A stretch of DNA of 64,000 bases from Deltaproteobacteria bacterium (GTDB lineage: Bacteria; Myxococcota_A; Polyangia; Polyangiales; Houyiibacteriaceae): NCBI GenBank assembly GCA_034670305.1, contig JAXMNT010000002.1:32001-96000 (forward strand), written 5' to 3'. Made by a program: the position numbers and the translations under genes. Every line of letters starts with the position of its first letter. The stretch's first letter is position 1. The notes beneath the pieces are model-generated. The model was not told the origin of the DNA. It made no database searches and saw only the letters and a program-made list of their open reading frames with translations. Positions 1 to 10,857 of this stretch are shown here, piece by piece.

Positions 1-152
1 TGGACGACATCGGCTACGCGCTGGTGGAACGCGACCTGATCGACGCCGCGAAGTTCTTCTTCGGCCTCAAGTACGATCTGGAGGACGAAGACGACCCGAA
101 GGGCGCGTGGATCGCCGAACAGATCAAAGACACCATCTCCACCCTGCGGTGA
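1..152 (+). CDS. 3' end of a CDS running in from the window edge (hypothetical)
   Basis: Frame from position 3 reads DDIGYALVERDLIDAAKFFFGLKYDLEDEDDPKGAWIAEQIKDTISTLR* with strong GC3 bias; TGA at 150-152. Confidence 0.7.
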   Translation, partial: DDIGYALVERDLIDAAKFFFGLKYDLEDEDDPKGAWIAEQIKDTISTLR

Positions 153-212
153 GCCTGTGGGTGGAGCGGGCGCCGTCTCGGACGACCGCTTGCCGGGGGG
201 CGCATCTGGGAT

Positions 213-1352
213 ATGTCGGGAGCCGTGGCGAAGGATGTCGAAGTGCGAGGCGCACATGTGGACGCCGCCCTCGAGAAAACCTCGGAGGCGGCGGACCCGC
301 TGTGTGAACTCGCGCTCGACGTGCTCGGCCGGCAGGCGGAAGGCCACCTGCTCTACGCCGGCGCGAGCCTCGTCGAGACCCGCGCCAAAGCCGCCGGCGT
401 CGACGCGGACGATGCGTCGGTCGCCGGCCACGACGTGGTCGCGCTGCTTTCGGAGGGTCCGACCGATGCTGCCCAGTTCGCGTTGATCGGCGCGCTGGCG
501 GTGCGCGGTCTGGACCTCTCGGACGACGACTCGATCCGGAAGTTCGTCCGACACGCGACTTGGCTCGAGCTCGCCACCCCCTACGCCCCGCTCCTCACCG
601 CCGCTGCATTGCTCGGAGACGAAGAAGACGCAGCGCGCCTCTGGGACGCGCTCACTCCCGAGTCCACCGGAGACACGCCCCGGGCGACCGCCATCGCCGC
701 GCTGCACCGCGAAGTGCTGCGTCGGGCCGGTCGGAGCGACCGCGGCGAGGATTCCAACGCGTCCGAGGACGGAAGCTCGGTACCAGCCGGTGTTCGCATC
801 GAAGGCAGCCTTCAGCCGCCGCCGCGATCCGGATTCCGCGGGTTCTTGCGGCTCGTGTCCGGCTGGGCGCTGTTGACCTGGGTGCTGCGTGGCCTCGGGG
901 CCCTCGTCGGCATGCGCCGACGCGGGGTGCTCTCGATGGTCGATGGTGGCGTGAAACTCGACCACCAGGTGGAGATGTTCGGACGACCGGTGCGGGAAGG
1001 CACGCGAACGATGACGTTGAGCGCCATCGCGCACGCCGGACGCACCACCCGCTTCCCCGCCATCCACCTGCTCGTCGGCGCGGTCGCGCTGGCGCTCGGG
1101 GTCATCGTCGGTGGCACCGCGTTCGTCGAAGGCCTTCGAAGCGGCGAGACCATCCTGCTCTTGGCCGGCGCTGGACTCGTGCTGCTCGGCGGAGGACTCG
1201 ACCTCGGGCTCACCGTGCTTTGGCCCGCCAAACAAGGCCGGGTCTCCGTGAACGTGAGCACCCGGCCAGGACGCAGCGCCGTGCTCTCGGGCGTCGACGA
1301 GGACGCTGCGAACGCGTTCCTCGACGCGCTCGCCCGACGCCTGCCCAAGTAG
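213..1352 (+). CDS. Hypothetical membrane protein
   Basis: 379 aa ORF with typical codon usage and about 3 hydrophobic segments in the C-terminal half; abuts the next gene. Confidence 0.75.
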   Translation: MSGAVAKDVEVRGAHVDAALEKTSEAADPLCELALDVLGRQAEGHLLYAGASLVETRAKAAGVDADDASVAGHDVVALLSEGPTDAAQFALIGALAVRGLDLSDDDSIRKFVRHATWLELATPYAPLLTAAALLGDEEDAARLWDALTPESTGDTPRATAIAALHREVLRRAGRSDRGEDSNASEDGSSVPAGVRIEGSLQPPPRSGFRGFLRLVSGWALLTWVLRGLGALVGMRRRGVLSMVDGGVKLDHQVEMFGRPVREGTRTMTLSAIAHAGRTTRFPAIHLLVGAVALALGVIVGGTAFVEGLRSGETILLLAGAGLVLLGGGLDLGLTVLWPAKQGRVSVNVSTRPGRSAVLSGVDEDAANAFLDALARRLPK

Positions 1353-2672
1353 GTGCCGGCCGAGATCGGATCGGGTTCGAGCGGCGCTTCGAGCGAAACC
1401 CGGAGGACGATCCCAGAGTCCGCCCACGGCTGGCGGTTCGTGCTCTGGGCGATGGCCATCGGTTTCGTGGCGTACTTCTGCATGTACGCGTTCCGAAAAC
1501 CATTCGGCGCGGGCACCTACGAAGGCGACCTGGTCTTCGGCCTCGAACCCAAGACGCTCTTCGTCATCGCCCAGCTCGTCGGGTACACCCTGAGCAAATA
1601 CGTCGGTGTGCGCCTGCTCTCCGAGCTGAGCGCCGCGCTCCGGTTGCGGGCGCTCCTGGCGACCGTCGTGTTCGCCGAACTCGCGCTGATCGCGTTCGGC
1701 GCGATCAGCGGCCCGTGGGCGGCGGTGGCGCTGTTCTTCAACGGGCTGCCGCTCGGGCTCGTCTGGGGGCTCGTGGTCCGCTCGCTCGAGGGCCGGCGCA
1801 GCTCCGAGCTGCTGCTCGCGGGACTGAGCGCGTCGTTCATCGTCGCCAGCGGCGCGGTGAAAGATGTGGGCCGCATGCTGATGCGCTTCGAGGTGAGCGA
1901 GGACTGGATGCCGGCCGCGACCGGCGCGCTCTTCCTGCCGCTCTTCGTGCTCGCAGCGGTCGCGCTCGATCGTCTCCCGCCGCCTACGCCCGAGGACGCC
2001 GCGGAACGCTCCGAACGTCGGCCCATGGCGAAGCCGGAACGACGGGCGCTGCTCCGCCGTTTTCCGCTCGGCTTCTTCCTGCTCTTCTTCGCGTACTTCT
2101 TCCTCACCGCCTACCGCGACTTCCGAGACAACTACGGGGTCGAGATCTTCGCGGAGCTCGGCTACCAGGACGAGCCCGTCCTCTTCACCCAGACCGAACT
2201 GCCAGTCGCGTTCGTGGTGGTCGTGGTGCTCGGACTGCTCAACCTGGCCCGGAGTCGACGCGGAGGACTCGCGGCCACGTACGCAGTGATGATCGCGGGG
2301 TTGCTGCTGCTCGGGGTCTCGACCTGGCTTCGGACGAGCGGCGCCATCGACGGCGCGATGTGGATGATCTGCACCGGCCTCGGTTCGTACCTCGCGTACG
2401 TCCCGTACGGATCGGTGCTCTTCGACCGGCTGCTGGCCAAGACCGGCGTCGCGGGAACCGCGGTCTTCGCGATCTACGTGGCCGACGCGCTCGGCTACAC
2501 CGGATCGGTGGCGCTGCAGCTCTACCGGGATCTCGCGCACGCCGATGTCTCGCGGCTCGCGTTCTTCGATGGGTTCACGATCTCCATGGGCTGCGTGGGG
2601 GCCGCCTTGCTGCTGGCGAGCTGGTACGACTTCGCGCGCGAACGGCCGCTTCGCCTGCCAAAACCGGAGTGA
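1353..2672 (+). CDS. DUF5690 family MFS-like membrane protein
   Basis: Multi-TM protein with YFCMYAFRKPF, AQLVGYTLSK, FFNGLPLGLVWG, LEGRR and RDFRDNY motifs, which I recognise as typical of DUF5690. Confidence 0.8.
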   Translation: MPAEIGSGSSGASSETRRTIPESAHGWRFVLWAMAIGFVAYFCMYAFRKPFGAGTYEGDLVFGLEPKTLFVIAQLVGYTLSKYVGVRLLSELSAALRLRALLATVVFAELALIAFGAISGPWAAVALFFNGLPLGLVWGLVVRSLEGRRSSELLLAGLSASFIVASGAVKDVGRMLMRFEVSEDWMPAATGALFLPLFVLAAVALDRLPPPTPEDAAERSERRPMAKPERRALLRRFPLGFFLLFFAYFFLTAYRDFRDNYGVEIFAELGYQDEPVLFTQTELPVAFVVVVVLGLLNLARSRRGGLAATYAVMIAGLLLLGVSTWLRTSGAIDGAMWMICTGLGSYLAYVPYGSVLFDRLLAKTGVAGTAVFAIYVADALGYTGSVALQLYRDLAHADVSRLAFFDGFTISMGCVGAALLLASWYDFARERPLRLPKPE

Positions 2673-2732
2673 TCGGCCGGCGATGCATGGGGTCAGGGGG
2701 CGCCCCGGCCACCCGTCCCGTACACTCGCCGC

Positions 2733-5423
2733 ATGCGCTTGGTCTTGTTGTGGTGTGGCATCGGCCTGCTGGCCGCCTGTGACTGTGGAGGGGGCAGTGG
2801 CCCTGGGCGCGTGGACGGCGGAGGCGATGGCGCCATCGCGGTGGACGCTGCCGACGCCATGGCCACCGACGGTTCCGTAGACGCGCCCGAGCGACTCGAC
2901 GCAGACACCGACGCAGGGCCGGACGAATGCGGAGAAGAGACGTGCGGGGACTTCCTCGACGACGACTGCGACGGGCGGGTCGAAGAAGGCTGCGCCTGCG
3001 TGCCGGGCGACACCGCACGCTGCTTCCGAGGCCGCGCGCCGCAACGTGGCGTGGGCGCCTGCCGCGATGGGGACATGGTCTGCACTGGCGGCGAAGAGTT
3101 CGGCGAGTGGGGACCGTGTGAAGGCGACGTGCCACCGGCCGAGGAGACGTGCGACGTCGAGGGCGTGGACGAAGACTGCGACGGCGCCGCGAACGAAGGC
3201 TGCGACTGCGCCGACGGCGACCCGCCCGTATCGTGCGGCCTGAGCGAAGGCACCTGCGAACCGGGGACCAGCGAATGTGTGGACGGCATCCGCACCGAGT
3301 GTATGGGCGCCACCCTTCCTGGCGTCGAGACCTGCAACGCGCTCGACGACGACTGCGACGGCACCACCGACGAACACCTGACCCGCGGGTGCGGCAGCGA
3401 CGTCGGGGTCTGTCGCATGGGCACCGAGACCTGTGTCGCGGGTGCGTTCGGCAGCTGCGAAGGCGGCAACACCTCTTCGGCCGAAGCCTGCGATGGCCTC
3501 GACAACGACTGCGATGGATCGACCGATGAGTCGGTCACGCGGCTGTGCGGCATGGACGAAGGCCGCTGCGTCGCGGGCACCGAGACGTGCGGCGGCGGGG
3601 TGTTCGGCACCTGCGAGGGACGGGTCGATGCCATCGCGGAGACCTGCAACAACGTGGACGACGACTGCGACGCGTCCACCGACGAAGGCGTCTCGCGACC
3701 GTGCGGCACCGACGTCGGGCGATGCCGCGCCGGGTCCGAGATCTGCACCGCGGGCGCCTTCGGTTCCTGCACCGGCGCCATCTTCCCCGCGACCGAACAG
3801 TGCGAAGGAAGCGTGGACGAAGACTGCGACGGCACCGTCGACGAGGGCTGCGCGTGTCTCGACGGATCGATGCGCAGCTGCGGCTCCGACGTGGGGCGGT
3901 GCGACCCGGGCTCTCAGACCTGCACCGGCGGCATGTGGCGGGCGTGTGTCGGTGCCGTCGAACCGCGAACGGAACGCTGCGACGGAACCGACGACGACTG
4001 CGACGGCCTGACCGACGAAGGCTGCGACTGCATCACGGGCCGCACCCGTGCGTGCGGCTCGAGCACCGGCGTATGCCGCATGGGCCTCGAGACCTGCGAC
4101 TCGGTCGGCCGCTGGGGCGCCTGCGAAGGCGACGTCGAGCCGTCCGGCGAACTCTGCAACTCGATGGACGACGACTGCGACGGACCGGTCGACGAGGGCG
4201 ATGTGTGCCCGCGTTTCCCGCCGACCGTGATGTGTCCTGGTTCACGCACCGTGACCGTGGGCGACGCCACCTCGCTTGTCGGCGGCGGTTCGGACCCAGA
4301 CGGTGGTCCGGTGACGTTCGCCTGGACCGTGGTGACTCGACCTGCGGGTTCGTCGGCCAACCCGTCCCCCTCCGGGAGCGCCACCACCAGCTTCACACCG
4401 GATGCAGCCGGCAACTACACCCTGCGCCTCTGCGTGACGGACGACGAGCTCGAGACCGCGTGCTGCACGGTCATGGTCACCGCCGAGGCGAGCTGCACCC
4501 CGCCCGCGGTCCCGACGGTCGACAGCTGCGGCATCAGCTGGGACCGCCGTCCGGTCGTGGAGTTCACGCCGGTGCCCGCGGGGATCGACTACGAGCTGCG
4601 ACTCGACGGAACGCCCTACGCGACCGTCGCGTCCGCGGGCACGAACTGGCACCGGCCCGCGAGCGCCATCGCGCCAGGCGGCCCGCCACCGGGCACGACG
4701 CGCAGCATCGTCGTGCGTGCGTGTGTGACCGGAGACCCGACCTGCTGCAGCACCAGCGCGGCGGTCGATGTTCAGTTCATCGAAGACTGCACGACGCCGG
4801 TCGCGCCGAGCAGCGACAACCTCGTGTTCAGTGAATACGTCATCAACGGCGACGGCGCGTGTCCAGGTCCGGACTGTGAGGGCGGCGAAGCGATCGAGAT
4901 CACCAACCTCTCGCATTGCCCGGTCGAACTCGACGGCACCCACTTCTCCTACTGCAACCCTGGTTCGTGCGGCGCGTTCCGCTGGATGAACTTCGGACCC
5001 GACGACATCATCCCGCCCCGCGGCGTGTACGTGGCGATTCGAAACCAAGCGGCGTCGATGTGCAGCTACCCGTTCTTCGGGCCCAACGATCCGTCGCTCT
5101 TCGGCCTCCGAATCAGCGACCTCGACATGGAGGGCTCCGGCCTCTCGAGCGGCTGGTTCAACAACGGCGGCGGCGGCATGAGCCGCCTCCGCGTCGCGGG
5201 CGGTGCGTTCGTCGACATGACGACCGGCGCGACCTTCGAACTGGTCGCGCCCTACTCCGGCAGCGCCGGCGAGTGCTCGAGCGTTGGCTTCGACGCCGTC
5301 GGCCGCTGCGGCACCATCAGCCCCGTCGCCACCCCATCCGACGTGCTCACCCCCAACCAACTCGGCCGCCTCTGGCACCCCTGCGACGCCATCGCCGCCC
5401 CCGTCCCCGCCACCTGCAACTGA
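2733..5423 (+). CDS. Large Cys/Asp-rich lipoprotein: MopE-like (PF11617-type) repeats, PKD/Ig-like domain, C-terminal lamin-tail-like domain
   Basis: Lipobox LLAAC; about 8 repeats of E.C...[24 protein letters not shown]...[17 protein letters not shown] (PKD-like); LVFSEYV...EAIEITN (LTD-like). Confidence 0.8.
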   Translation: MRLVLLWCGIGLLAACDCGGGSGPGRVDGGGDGAIAVDAADAMATDGSVDAPERLDADTDAGPDECGEETCGDFLDDDCDGRVEEGCACVPGDTARCFRGRAPQRGVGACRDGDMVCTGGEEFGEWGPCEGDVPPAEETCDVEGVDEDCDGAANEGCDCADGDPPVSCGLSEGTCEPGTSECVDGIRTECMGATLPGVETCNALDDDCDGTTDEHLTRGCGSDVGVCRMGTETCVAGAFGSCEGGNTSSAEACDGLDNDCDGSTDESVTRLCGMDEGRCVAGTETCGGGVFGTCEGRVDAIAETCNNVDDDCDASTDEGVSRPCGTDVGRCRAGSEICTAGAFGSCTGAIFPATEQCEGSVDEDCDGTVDEGCACLDGSMRSCGSDVGRCDPGSQTCTGGMWRACVGAVEPRTERCDGTDDDCDGLTDEGCDCITGRTRACGSSTGVCRMGLETCDSVGRWGACEGDVEPSGELCNSMDDDCDGPVDEGDVCPRFPPTVMCPGSRTVTVGDATSLVGGGSDPDGGPVTFAWTVVTRPAGSSANPSPSGSATTSFTPDAAGNYTLRLCVTDDELETACCTVMVTAEASCTPPAVPTVDSCGISWDRRPVVEFTPVPAGIDYELRLDGTPYATVASAGTNWHRPASAIAPGGPPPGTTRSIVVRACVTGDPTCCSTSAAVDVQFIEDCTTPVAPSSDNLVFSEYVINGDGACPGPDCEGGEAIEITNLSHCPVELDGTHFSYCNPGSCGAFRWMNFGPDDIIPPRGVYVAIRNQAASMCSYPFFGPNDPSLFGLRISDLDMEGSGLSSGWFNNGGGGMSRLRVAGGAFVDMTTGATFELVAPYSGSAGECSSVGFDAVGRCGTISPVATPSDVLTPNQLGRLWHPCDAIAAPVPATCN

Positions 5424-5823
5424 AGCAGATGCGGAAGCGGAAGAGTCAGCGGAAGCGGAAGAGTCAGCGGAAGCGGATTCGGTAGCGGAAGCGGATTCGG
5501 TAGCGGATTCGGAAGCGGAAGCGGATTCGGTAGCGGATTCGGAAGCGGAATTCGGTAGCGGTAGCGGATTCGGAAACGGCGTCGGCTTCGGCATCGGCTT
5601 CGGCGTCGGCTTCGGCGTCGGCTTCGGCGTCGGCTTCGGCGTCGGCTTCGGCGTCGGCTTCGGCGTCGGCTTCGGCTTCAGCGTCGGAAGCGGCAGCAGT
5701 AGCGGTAGCGGATTCGGAAGCGGAAGCGGAAGCGGAACCGGAAGCGGAGCCGGAAGCGGAAGCGGAACCGGAATCGGAAGCGGAAGCGGTAGCGGATTCG
5801 GAATCCTCATCGGCGTCGGCTTC
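5424..5823. repeat. Degenerate hexanucleotide tandem tract (GCGGAA/GCGGAT blocks flanking a TCGGCN block)
   Basis: About 400 bp of 6-nt periodicity between convergent genes. Confidence 0.95.
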
Positions 5824-5904
5824 CACAAAGAAAAACGGAGCGCTCTCTCGAGCACTCCGCCATCTCCACCCCCCGCAACCCCTCCCAGGGCTCCTGTGTC
5901 TGTC

Positions 5905-6987
5905 CTACGCCGCTTCGACGTCCGCTTCCGCAACCGACGAACTCACCGCCACTGGCTTCGCCAGGCGCATCTCCGCGATGCGGGTGCGGGCGGCGGGCTT
6001 GAGCGTCAGCCACATGAAGTCGCGCACGTCGAGCAGGTCGCGCGGGGTCAGGTCGAGCGCTTCGATGCGTTCACGCACCCCCAGGGCCATCGTGCGCATG
6101 CGCTCGTACAGCAGTCCCATCGGCCGGTCCGAACACCGCAGGCCCGGAGCCATCCAGAGCGCCTGCCGCTGGAAGAGTTCCGGCTTCACGACGATGTGTT
6201 CGTCGGGCTGGGCGACTCCGGCGAAGAAGGTCGCGAGCTCCCAGCTCGGGGTCTGACCCATCGTGCGCTCGAGCGTCGAGACGAATCCATCGAGACGCTG
6301 AACGAGCGGGGACGTGCCATAGAGCAATGCTCGAAGCGACTGCACCACCACCTCGTGGTCCTCTTCGGCGATCGCGAGGAACACTTTGCGTTCCTTGGCG
6401 CCCACCAGGTCCGAGAGCTTCAGGACCGCACCCATGCCCTTCATCGCGTCGGCAACGGGACCGGACAACTTCTTGCGGGTGAGCTCCTTGGCGGCGCGGT
6501 CGACCACCCCATCGCGGTGGCGCTTCAGCGGTCGCTTGCGGCCATCGCTCCGGTGCGTCTCGGTGTAGGTCTCGGCCATGAAGCCGCCATCGAACATCTC
6601 GAAGAAGTACGCGATCTGCTCGTCGAGTTGGATGGGCCGCACGCGGCGGGCACCGGGTTTGACGTCCTCCTCCGGCAACATGCTGCGGAGCGCGTCGACC
6701 AGCTCCATCGTCACGTCGTACGGGCGGTCCACCGCTTCGAGGAGATGGTAGAAGCCCTTCTTGAACGAGCGCATGCGGCCGTCCTGGAACTGCAACATCG
6801 CGCGGTCTTCGATCCGTCGCACCAAGATGGCCAGTCCCCACTGGGTTCGTTTCGAATGCCGGACCAGTGCCGGCATGCCGTTCTCGAGCGTCTCGGTCTC
6901 CTCTTCGGAGGTGGGCGTCGCGGCGGGCGCATCCAAAACGGACGGTTCGAGGGTCGGGGCGGTCTTCTTGGTATCGGAATCGAGCAA
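5905..6987 (-). CDS. Hypothetical protein
   Basis: Coding-like part of ORF 5905..7263 ([15 protein letters not shown]...[14 protein letters not shown]). Start uncertain: TTG 6987 or ATG 6876. Confidence 0.7.
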   Translation of the reverse strand: MLDSDTKKTAPTLEPSVLDAPAATPTSEEETETLENGMPALVRHSKRTQWGLAILVRRIEDRAMLQFQDGRMRSFKKGFYHLLEAVDRPYDVTMELVDALRSMLPEEDVKPGARRVRPIQLDEQIAYFFEMFDGGFMAETYTETHRSDGRKRPLKRHRDGVVDRAAKELTRKKLSGPVADAMKGMGAVLKLSDLVGAKERKVFLAIAEEDHEVVVQSLRALLYGTSPLVQRLDGFVSTLERTMGQTPSWELATFFAGVAQPDEHIVVKPELFQRQALWMAPGLRCSDRPMGLLYERMRTMALGVRERIEALDLTPRDLLDVRDFMWLTLKPAARTRIAEMRLAKPVAVSSSVAEADVEAA

Positions 6988-7343
6988 GCGGGTTCTCCAG
7001 CAAGGGTAGGATGCGCCAGACGCACCGAAACCCACGACACGAACCAGTGTTCGAACGGGGCGAGCGGAACGGCCTCGACAGAAGCGTCGAGGGGGCGCGG
7101 CGGGGTCCGACGAGAGGGCGCACGCAAGCGCACCACACCAAGCCAGACGGTTGTCAGAGCAGCGCATCATCGACACCCGAAAACCAGGCGGGAGACGTGC
7201 CGCGTGTCGTCGGGCAGAACCCATCGACTCGTAGACTCTAACACAGCATCGCAGGATCCGCAAGTAAAACAGGGCAATCCGAAGACCACGCCCTGATCCC
7301 GCCTGCGATCACGGGCGTTTGTTCGCGGCGTTGCGTTGCGTGC

Positions 7344-7955
7344 CTACGGCGCCGAGACCATCGCGCTCGGGTTCACCGCAGGGAGCGGTTGGCTCATCTC
7401 GCGATGCATCTGCGCGTGCTCGGGCGTGAGCGCCGCGAAGGTCGCGCGACACTCGTGCGGGTACTGCGCGCGGTGGTCGTGCCGGGTGCACCGTTGCGCG
7501 TCCGGTGGGAGCTGGCGGCACAACTCGAGGTACCGGGCCTCTGGCGCGATCAGCCAGCGCGGTGCCCGTGCGCCTGGGATGGTCGGCGCGGCTTCCTGCG
7601 CCGCGCGGATCGCCGCTCGGAGCGAGGCGTTGCTCTTTGCGCAATCGTCGCCCTCGGTGGCCTCTGCCACGGCGCTTCCGGCCTCGCGCATCACGTTCAT
7701 GATCTCGACCGCGGCGCGAAGTTTGGTCGCGAGGTCGTTCTGCTCGGTCCCAGGGAGAGCCGCTTCTTCGGGGGCCATCGACCGCTCCGGACCCGTCGCG
7801 GTCACGGCAGGAACTTCAGGCACCTCGATGGCGGGTTCCGGTTCTGCGTCCTCGGAGCCACCGCACGCACCGAACGTCAGCGCGGCGGAGATGCAGCACA
7901 CGGCCCACAGGCGGGCGGGGTGGAGGTGAGACGGCCCGGTTCGTCGGTCAAACAC
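7344..7955 (-). CDS. Hypothetical lipoprotein
   Basis: Hydrophobic stretch ending LTFGAC, then an acidic linker and a Cys-containing helical domain. Start approximate (GTG 7955 overlaps the upstream stop). Confidence 0.6.
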   Translation of the reverse strand: MFDRRTGPSHLHPARLWAVCCISAALTFGACGGSEDAEPEPAIEVPEVPAVTATGPERSMAPEEAALPGTEQNDLATKLRAAVEIMNVMREAGSAVAEATEGDDCAKSNASLRAAIRAAQEAAPTIPGARAPRWLIAPEARYLELCRQLPPDAQRCTRHDHRAQYPHECRATFAALTPEHAQMHREMSQPLPAVNPSAMVSAP

Positions 7956-9132
7956 GTACCAGACGTAGCAGCGTGATTTCAGACGGCACCCCGTTTCGCA
8001 GCGGCGGCCCCCAGTAGCCCGTCCCGCGGTTGACGTAGATGAACGTGTCGTCGTGGCGATGCAGCCCCGTGGTGTACGGGTGGGCCCACCCGACGAAGAG
8101 CGTGATCGGGAAGAACTGCCCCCCGTGGGTGTGACCGCTGATCTGGAGGTCGAACCCGGCGGCCGCCGCGCCGAAAATGCTCTTCGGCTGGTGCGCCAAC
8201 AGCAGCGAGAAGTCGTGCGCCGGAGCACCCGCTTTGGCGGCGGACGCGTCGCTCGGGACCCCACCCTCTCGCTCGGACCGAAAGTCGGTGACGCCGGCCA
8301 CGAGAAGCTTCGCGCCATCGCGCTCGATGAGGCGGTGTTCGTTCTGGAGCGGCGTGAGCCCGAGGCGCGCGACCTCCGCGACCCACGCGTCGGCGTCCCA
8401 GTAGTACTCGTGGTTGCCGGTGCAGAAGAACACGCCGTCGCGCGCGCTCAACCCGGCGAGCGGCGCCACTTCGTCCCGGAGATCCTCGACGTGCCCGTCC
8501 ACGAGATCGCCAGTGACCGCCGCCAGGTCGGCTTCCAGACCGTTCGCGATCGCGACGATGCGGCGCATGTAGTCGCCGCGAATGGTCGGCCCGATGTGCA
8601 CGTCGCTCAGCTGGACGATCCGGTAGCCGTCGAGCGCGGGCGGCAGCCCTGGAACCGGCACGTCGACTTCCACCACGTCCGGGTCGCGCACCGCTTCCCG
8701 GTAGCCCCAGGCCGACAGGATGCCGCTGACACCGAGGATGCCCGCGTTGCTGGTCCGGGTGAGGAAGTTGCGTCGGGCGAGGTCCGCCGGCCTCGAGGCG
8801 AGCTTCGCGATCAGGGTCGCCGCCCCGAGGGCTGCGTCTCGGAACACGACGAACACGAAGAGCAGCACGAAGATGCCCATGTGAAAGAAGCCGACCCAGC
8901 GGATGGACCCGAGCCCATCGCCGATCAGTCGGCTGGACACCATGACGATGGGCGCGAGCGAGAACGACAACCACACCAGCGCCCACGCCGCGAAGCGCCG
9001 TCGACGCACGAGGTCCGGCGCTGCCTTCTCTCGGAGCGGGCTCAGCCACGGCCGGATCAACCGTGACCCGACGTAGTAGTGCGCGCAGGCCCAGACCAGC
9101 ACGACGACACCGAAGAAGATCAACCGCCGCAT
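7948..9132 (-). CDS. Membrane-anchored calcineurin-like metallophosphoesterase (YkuE/YaeI-like)
   Basis: Motifs SDVH, TGDLVD, GNHEYY, LAHQP, SGHTHGGQ, GTGYWGPP; N-terminal TM helices; start MRRLIFF at 9132. Confidence 0.92.
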   Translation of the reverse strand: MRRLIFFGVVVLVWACAHYYVGSRLIRPWLSPLREKAAPDLVRRRRFAAWALVWLSFSLAPIVMVSSRLIGDGLGSIRWVGFFHMGIFVLLFVFVVFRDAALGAATLIAKLASRPADLARRNFLTRTSNAGILGVSGILSAWGYREAVRDPDVVEVDVPVPGLPPALDGYRIVQLSDVHIGPTIRGDYMRRIVAIANGLEADLAAVTGDLVDGHVEDLRDEVAPLAGLSARDGVFFCTGNHEYYWDADAWVAEVARLGLTPLQNEHRLIERDGAKLLVAGVTDFRSEREGGVPSDASAAKAGAPAHDFSLLLAHQPKSIFGAAAAGFDLQISGHTHGGQFFPITLFVGWAHPYTTGLHRHDDTFIYVNRGTGYWGPPLRNGVPSEITLLRLVRV

Positions 9133-9298
9133 CTTCTTACGTCGCCCTTCCCATGCGAGCGTTTCGCACTTTGTTCGCCGGGTGACAACCGAGGCCTCGC
9201 TGCTCGGAATGCTTTCCGAAGGCCAAAAACGCGCGTTCGCGCACATGGAACCGGGTCTGCCGCTTGACCGCGACCGTTGCCGGCACGACGCTACCCAC

Positions 9299-10015
9299 AT
9301 GCAGTTCGCCAACACCTACGGGCAAACCGTCGCGCAAGCGTCGGTGGACGAGCGCGCCTCGTTCCTCACCAAAACCTACTTGCACCTCGTCGGCGCCATC
9401 TTCGTCTTCGTCGGCATGGAAGCGCTGCTCATCGTGAGCGGCCTGGCCGAGAAGATCGCGATCGCGCTCTCCGGCCGGTTCGCATGGTTCCTCCTGCTCG
9501 GCGCCTTCATGGGCGTCAGCTACGTGGCGGACCGGTGGGCACGGAGCGACTCCAGCGTCGGCATGCAATACGCCGGGCTCGCGCTCTACACGTTCGCCGA
9601 AGCCATCATCTTCGCACCGCTCATCGTCATGGCGATGTACGCCTCGGTCGAATACGGCGGCGGCTCGATGGACATCCTGGCCAAAGCCGGCGGCGTGACC
9701 GTCTTGCTCTTCGGCGTGCTGAGCGCGGTGGTCTTCGTGACCCGCAAGGACTTCTCGTTCATGCGCTCGTTCCTGATGTTCGGCGGCATCGCGGCGATGG
9801 TGCTCATCGTGGCCAGCCTGATCTTCGGGTTCCAGCTCGGCATCATCTTCGTCTGGTTCATGATCGTCTTCGCGTCGGGTTCGATTCTCTACAACACGTC
9901 CAACGTGATGATTCATTACCGGCCGACCCAGCACGTCGCTGCGGCGCTGACGCTCTTCGCCTCCTTCGCGCTGCTGCTCTACTACGTCATCATCCTCTTC
10001 ATGCGCCGCGACTAG
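9299..10015 (+). CDS. Bax inhibitor-1/YccA family membrane protein
   Basis: ERASFLTKTYLHL, TRKDFSFMRSFL, SILYNTSNV, AAALTLFAS; about 7 TM. Confidence 0.9.
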   Translation: MQFANTYGQTVAQASVDERASFLTKTYLHLVGAIFVFVGMEALLIVSGLAEKIAIALSGRFAWFLLLGAFMGVSYVADRWARSDSSVGMQYAGLALYTFAEAIIFAPLIVMAMYASVEYGGGSMDILAKAGGVTVLLFGVLSAVVFVTRKDFSFMRSFLMFGGIAAMVLIVASLIFGFQLGIIFVWFMIVFASGSILYNTSNVMIHYRPTQHVAAALTLFASFALLLYYVIILFMRRD

Positions 10016-10036
10016 CAGGCCGCGCCCGGGATCGGG

Positions 10037-10834
10037 CTAGCGAACGAAGAGCCACGGATCGTCCGGGCGCGCGTCCACGTGGAAGTGGTTCGCGTGCCCG
10101 CGTCCGTATTCGGGCGTCAACACGGTCGAAAAGAGACCGGTGTCCACGAAGGCGCACGCCAGCCGGCGAAGCGCCGTTCCCTTGTCCCCACCACCGGCAT
10201 CCGCTGCCGGAGGCTCGTGACCGCGGGGTGGGCAGGTCGACGCCAGCGGCCGCAGCGTCCAGTCGCGCTCCACTTCGAGCGCCACGCCGGGCCCATCGAA
10301 CCGGGTCAAGTCGAGCGCCAAACCAAGGTGGTGGTAGCTGACGCTGGGCTCCCGTCGGTACGCGCTCGACACCTCGACCCGATCGATGCCCCGCGCGCGA
10401 AGCGTGGCCGCGAATGCGGGCAGCCGTTCGGCGAGCGCGCAGGCGATGACGAAGGGCGCGCCCCGGCGTTTCTTCTGGAAGGTCACGCCACCGACGCGTC
10501 CGTCGATGACCACCGGATCGGGACCGGCGGTCGTCGGGTGTGGGAGGCGCGTGGCGGCGACACCGAGGCCCTCGAGCCGCTCCACGCAGCCGGGACGCAT
10601 CTGAAACCGAAACCGCTCGTCAAAGCGCCAAGCCGAATACGGTACGCCTCCGCGCAGCTCGGGCCGGCCTTGCCGCCAGGCTTCGAACCGAACCTGTGCG
10701 TCTCCGCGCGACTGCGCGTGACCGCCCGATCCACCGAATGGGGCCGCCGCCACGCACCCCGCCAACGCCGCCGCGAGCAGACCGCGACGGATGCGACTTG
10801 GTCGGTCGCCGGGTCTTGGGTGGTGGGAGGGCAC
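10037..10834 (-). CDS. Extensin-like C-terminal domain protein (secreted, LAS-type metallopeptidase-like fold)
   Basis: SYHHLGLALDL and VLTPEY...HANHFHVD motifs; N-terminal signal-like segment; start approximate. Confidence 0.75.
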   Translation of the reverse strand: MPSHHPRPGDRPSRIRRGLLAAALAGCVAAAPFGGSGGHAQSRGDAQVRFEAWRQGRPELRGGVPYSAWRFDERFRFQMRPGCVERLEGLGVAATRLPHPTTAGPDPVVIDGRVGGVTFQKKRRGAPFVIACALAERLPAFAATLRARGIDRVEVSSAYRREPSVSYHHLGLALDLTRFDGPGVALEVERDWTLRPLASTCPPRGHEPPAADAGGGDKGTALRRLACAFVDTGLFSTVLTPEYGRGHANHFHVDARPDDPWLFVR

Positions 10835-10857
10835 ATCGAACACTATGCACCTTCCCA

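Noticed and set aside
1353-2672. DUF5690 gene as part of a phosphonate catabolism cluster
   Set aside because: No phosphonatase or oxidase neighbours are visible here.
4242-7296. Long ORFs 4242..5933(-) and 5284..7296(+) with PKPT/GFG repeats
   Set aside because: They are shadow frames of real genes joined through a stop-poor hexamer tract.
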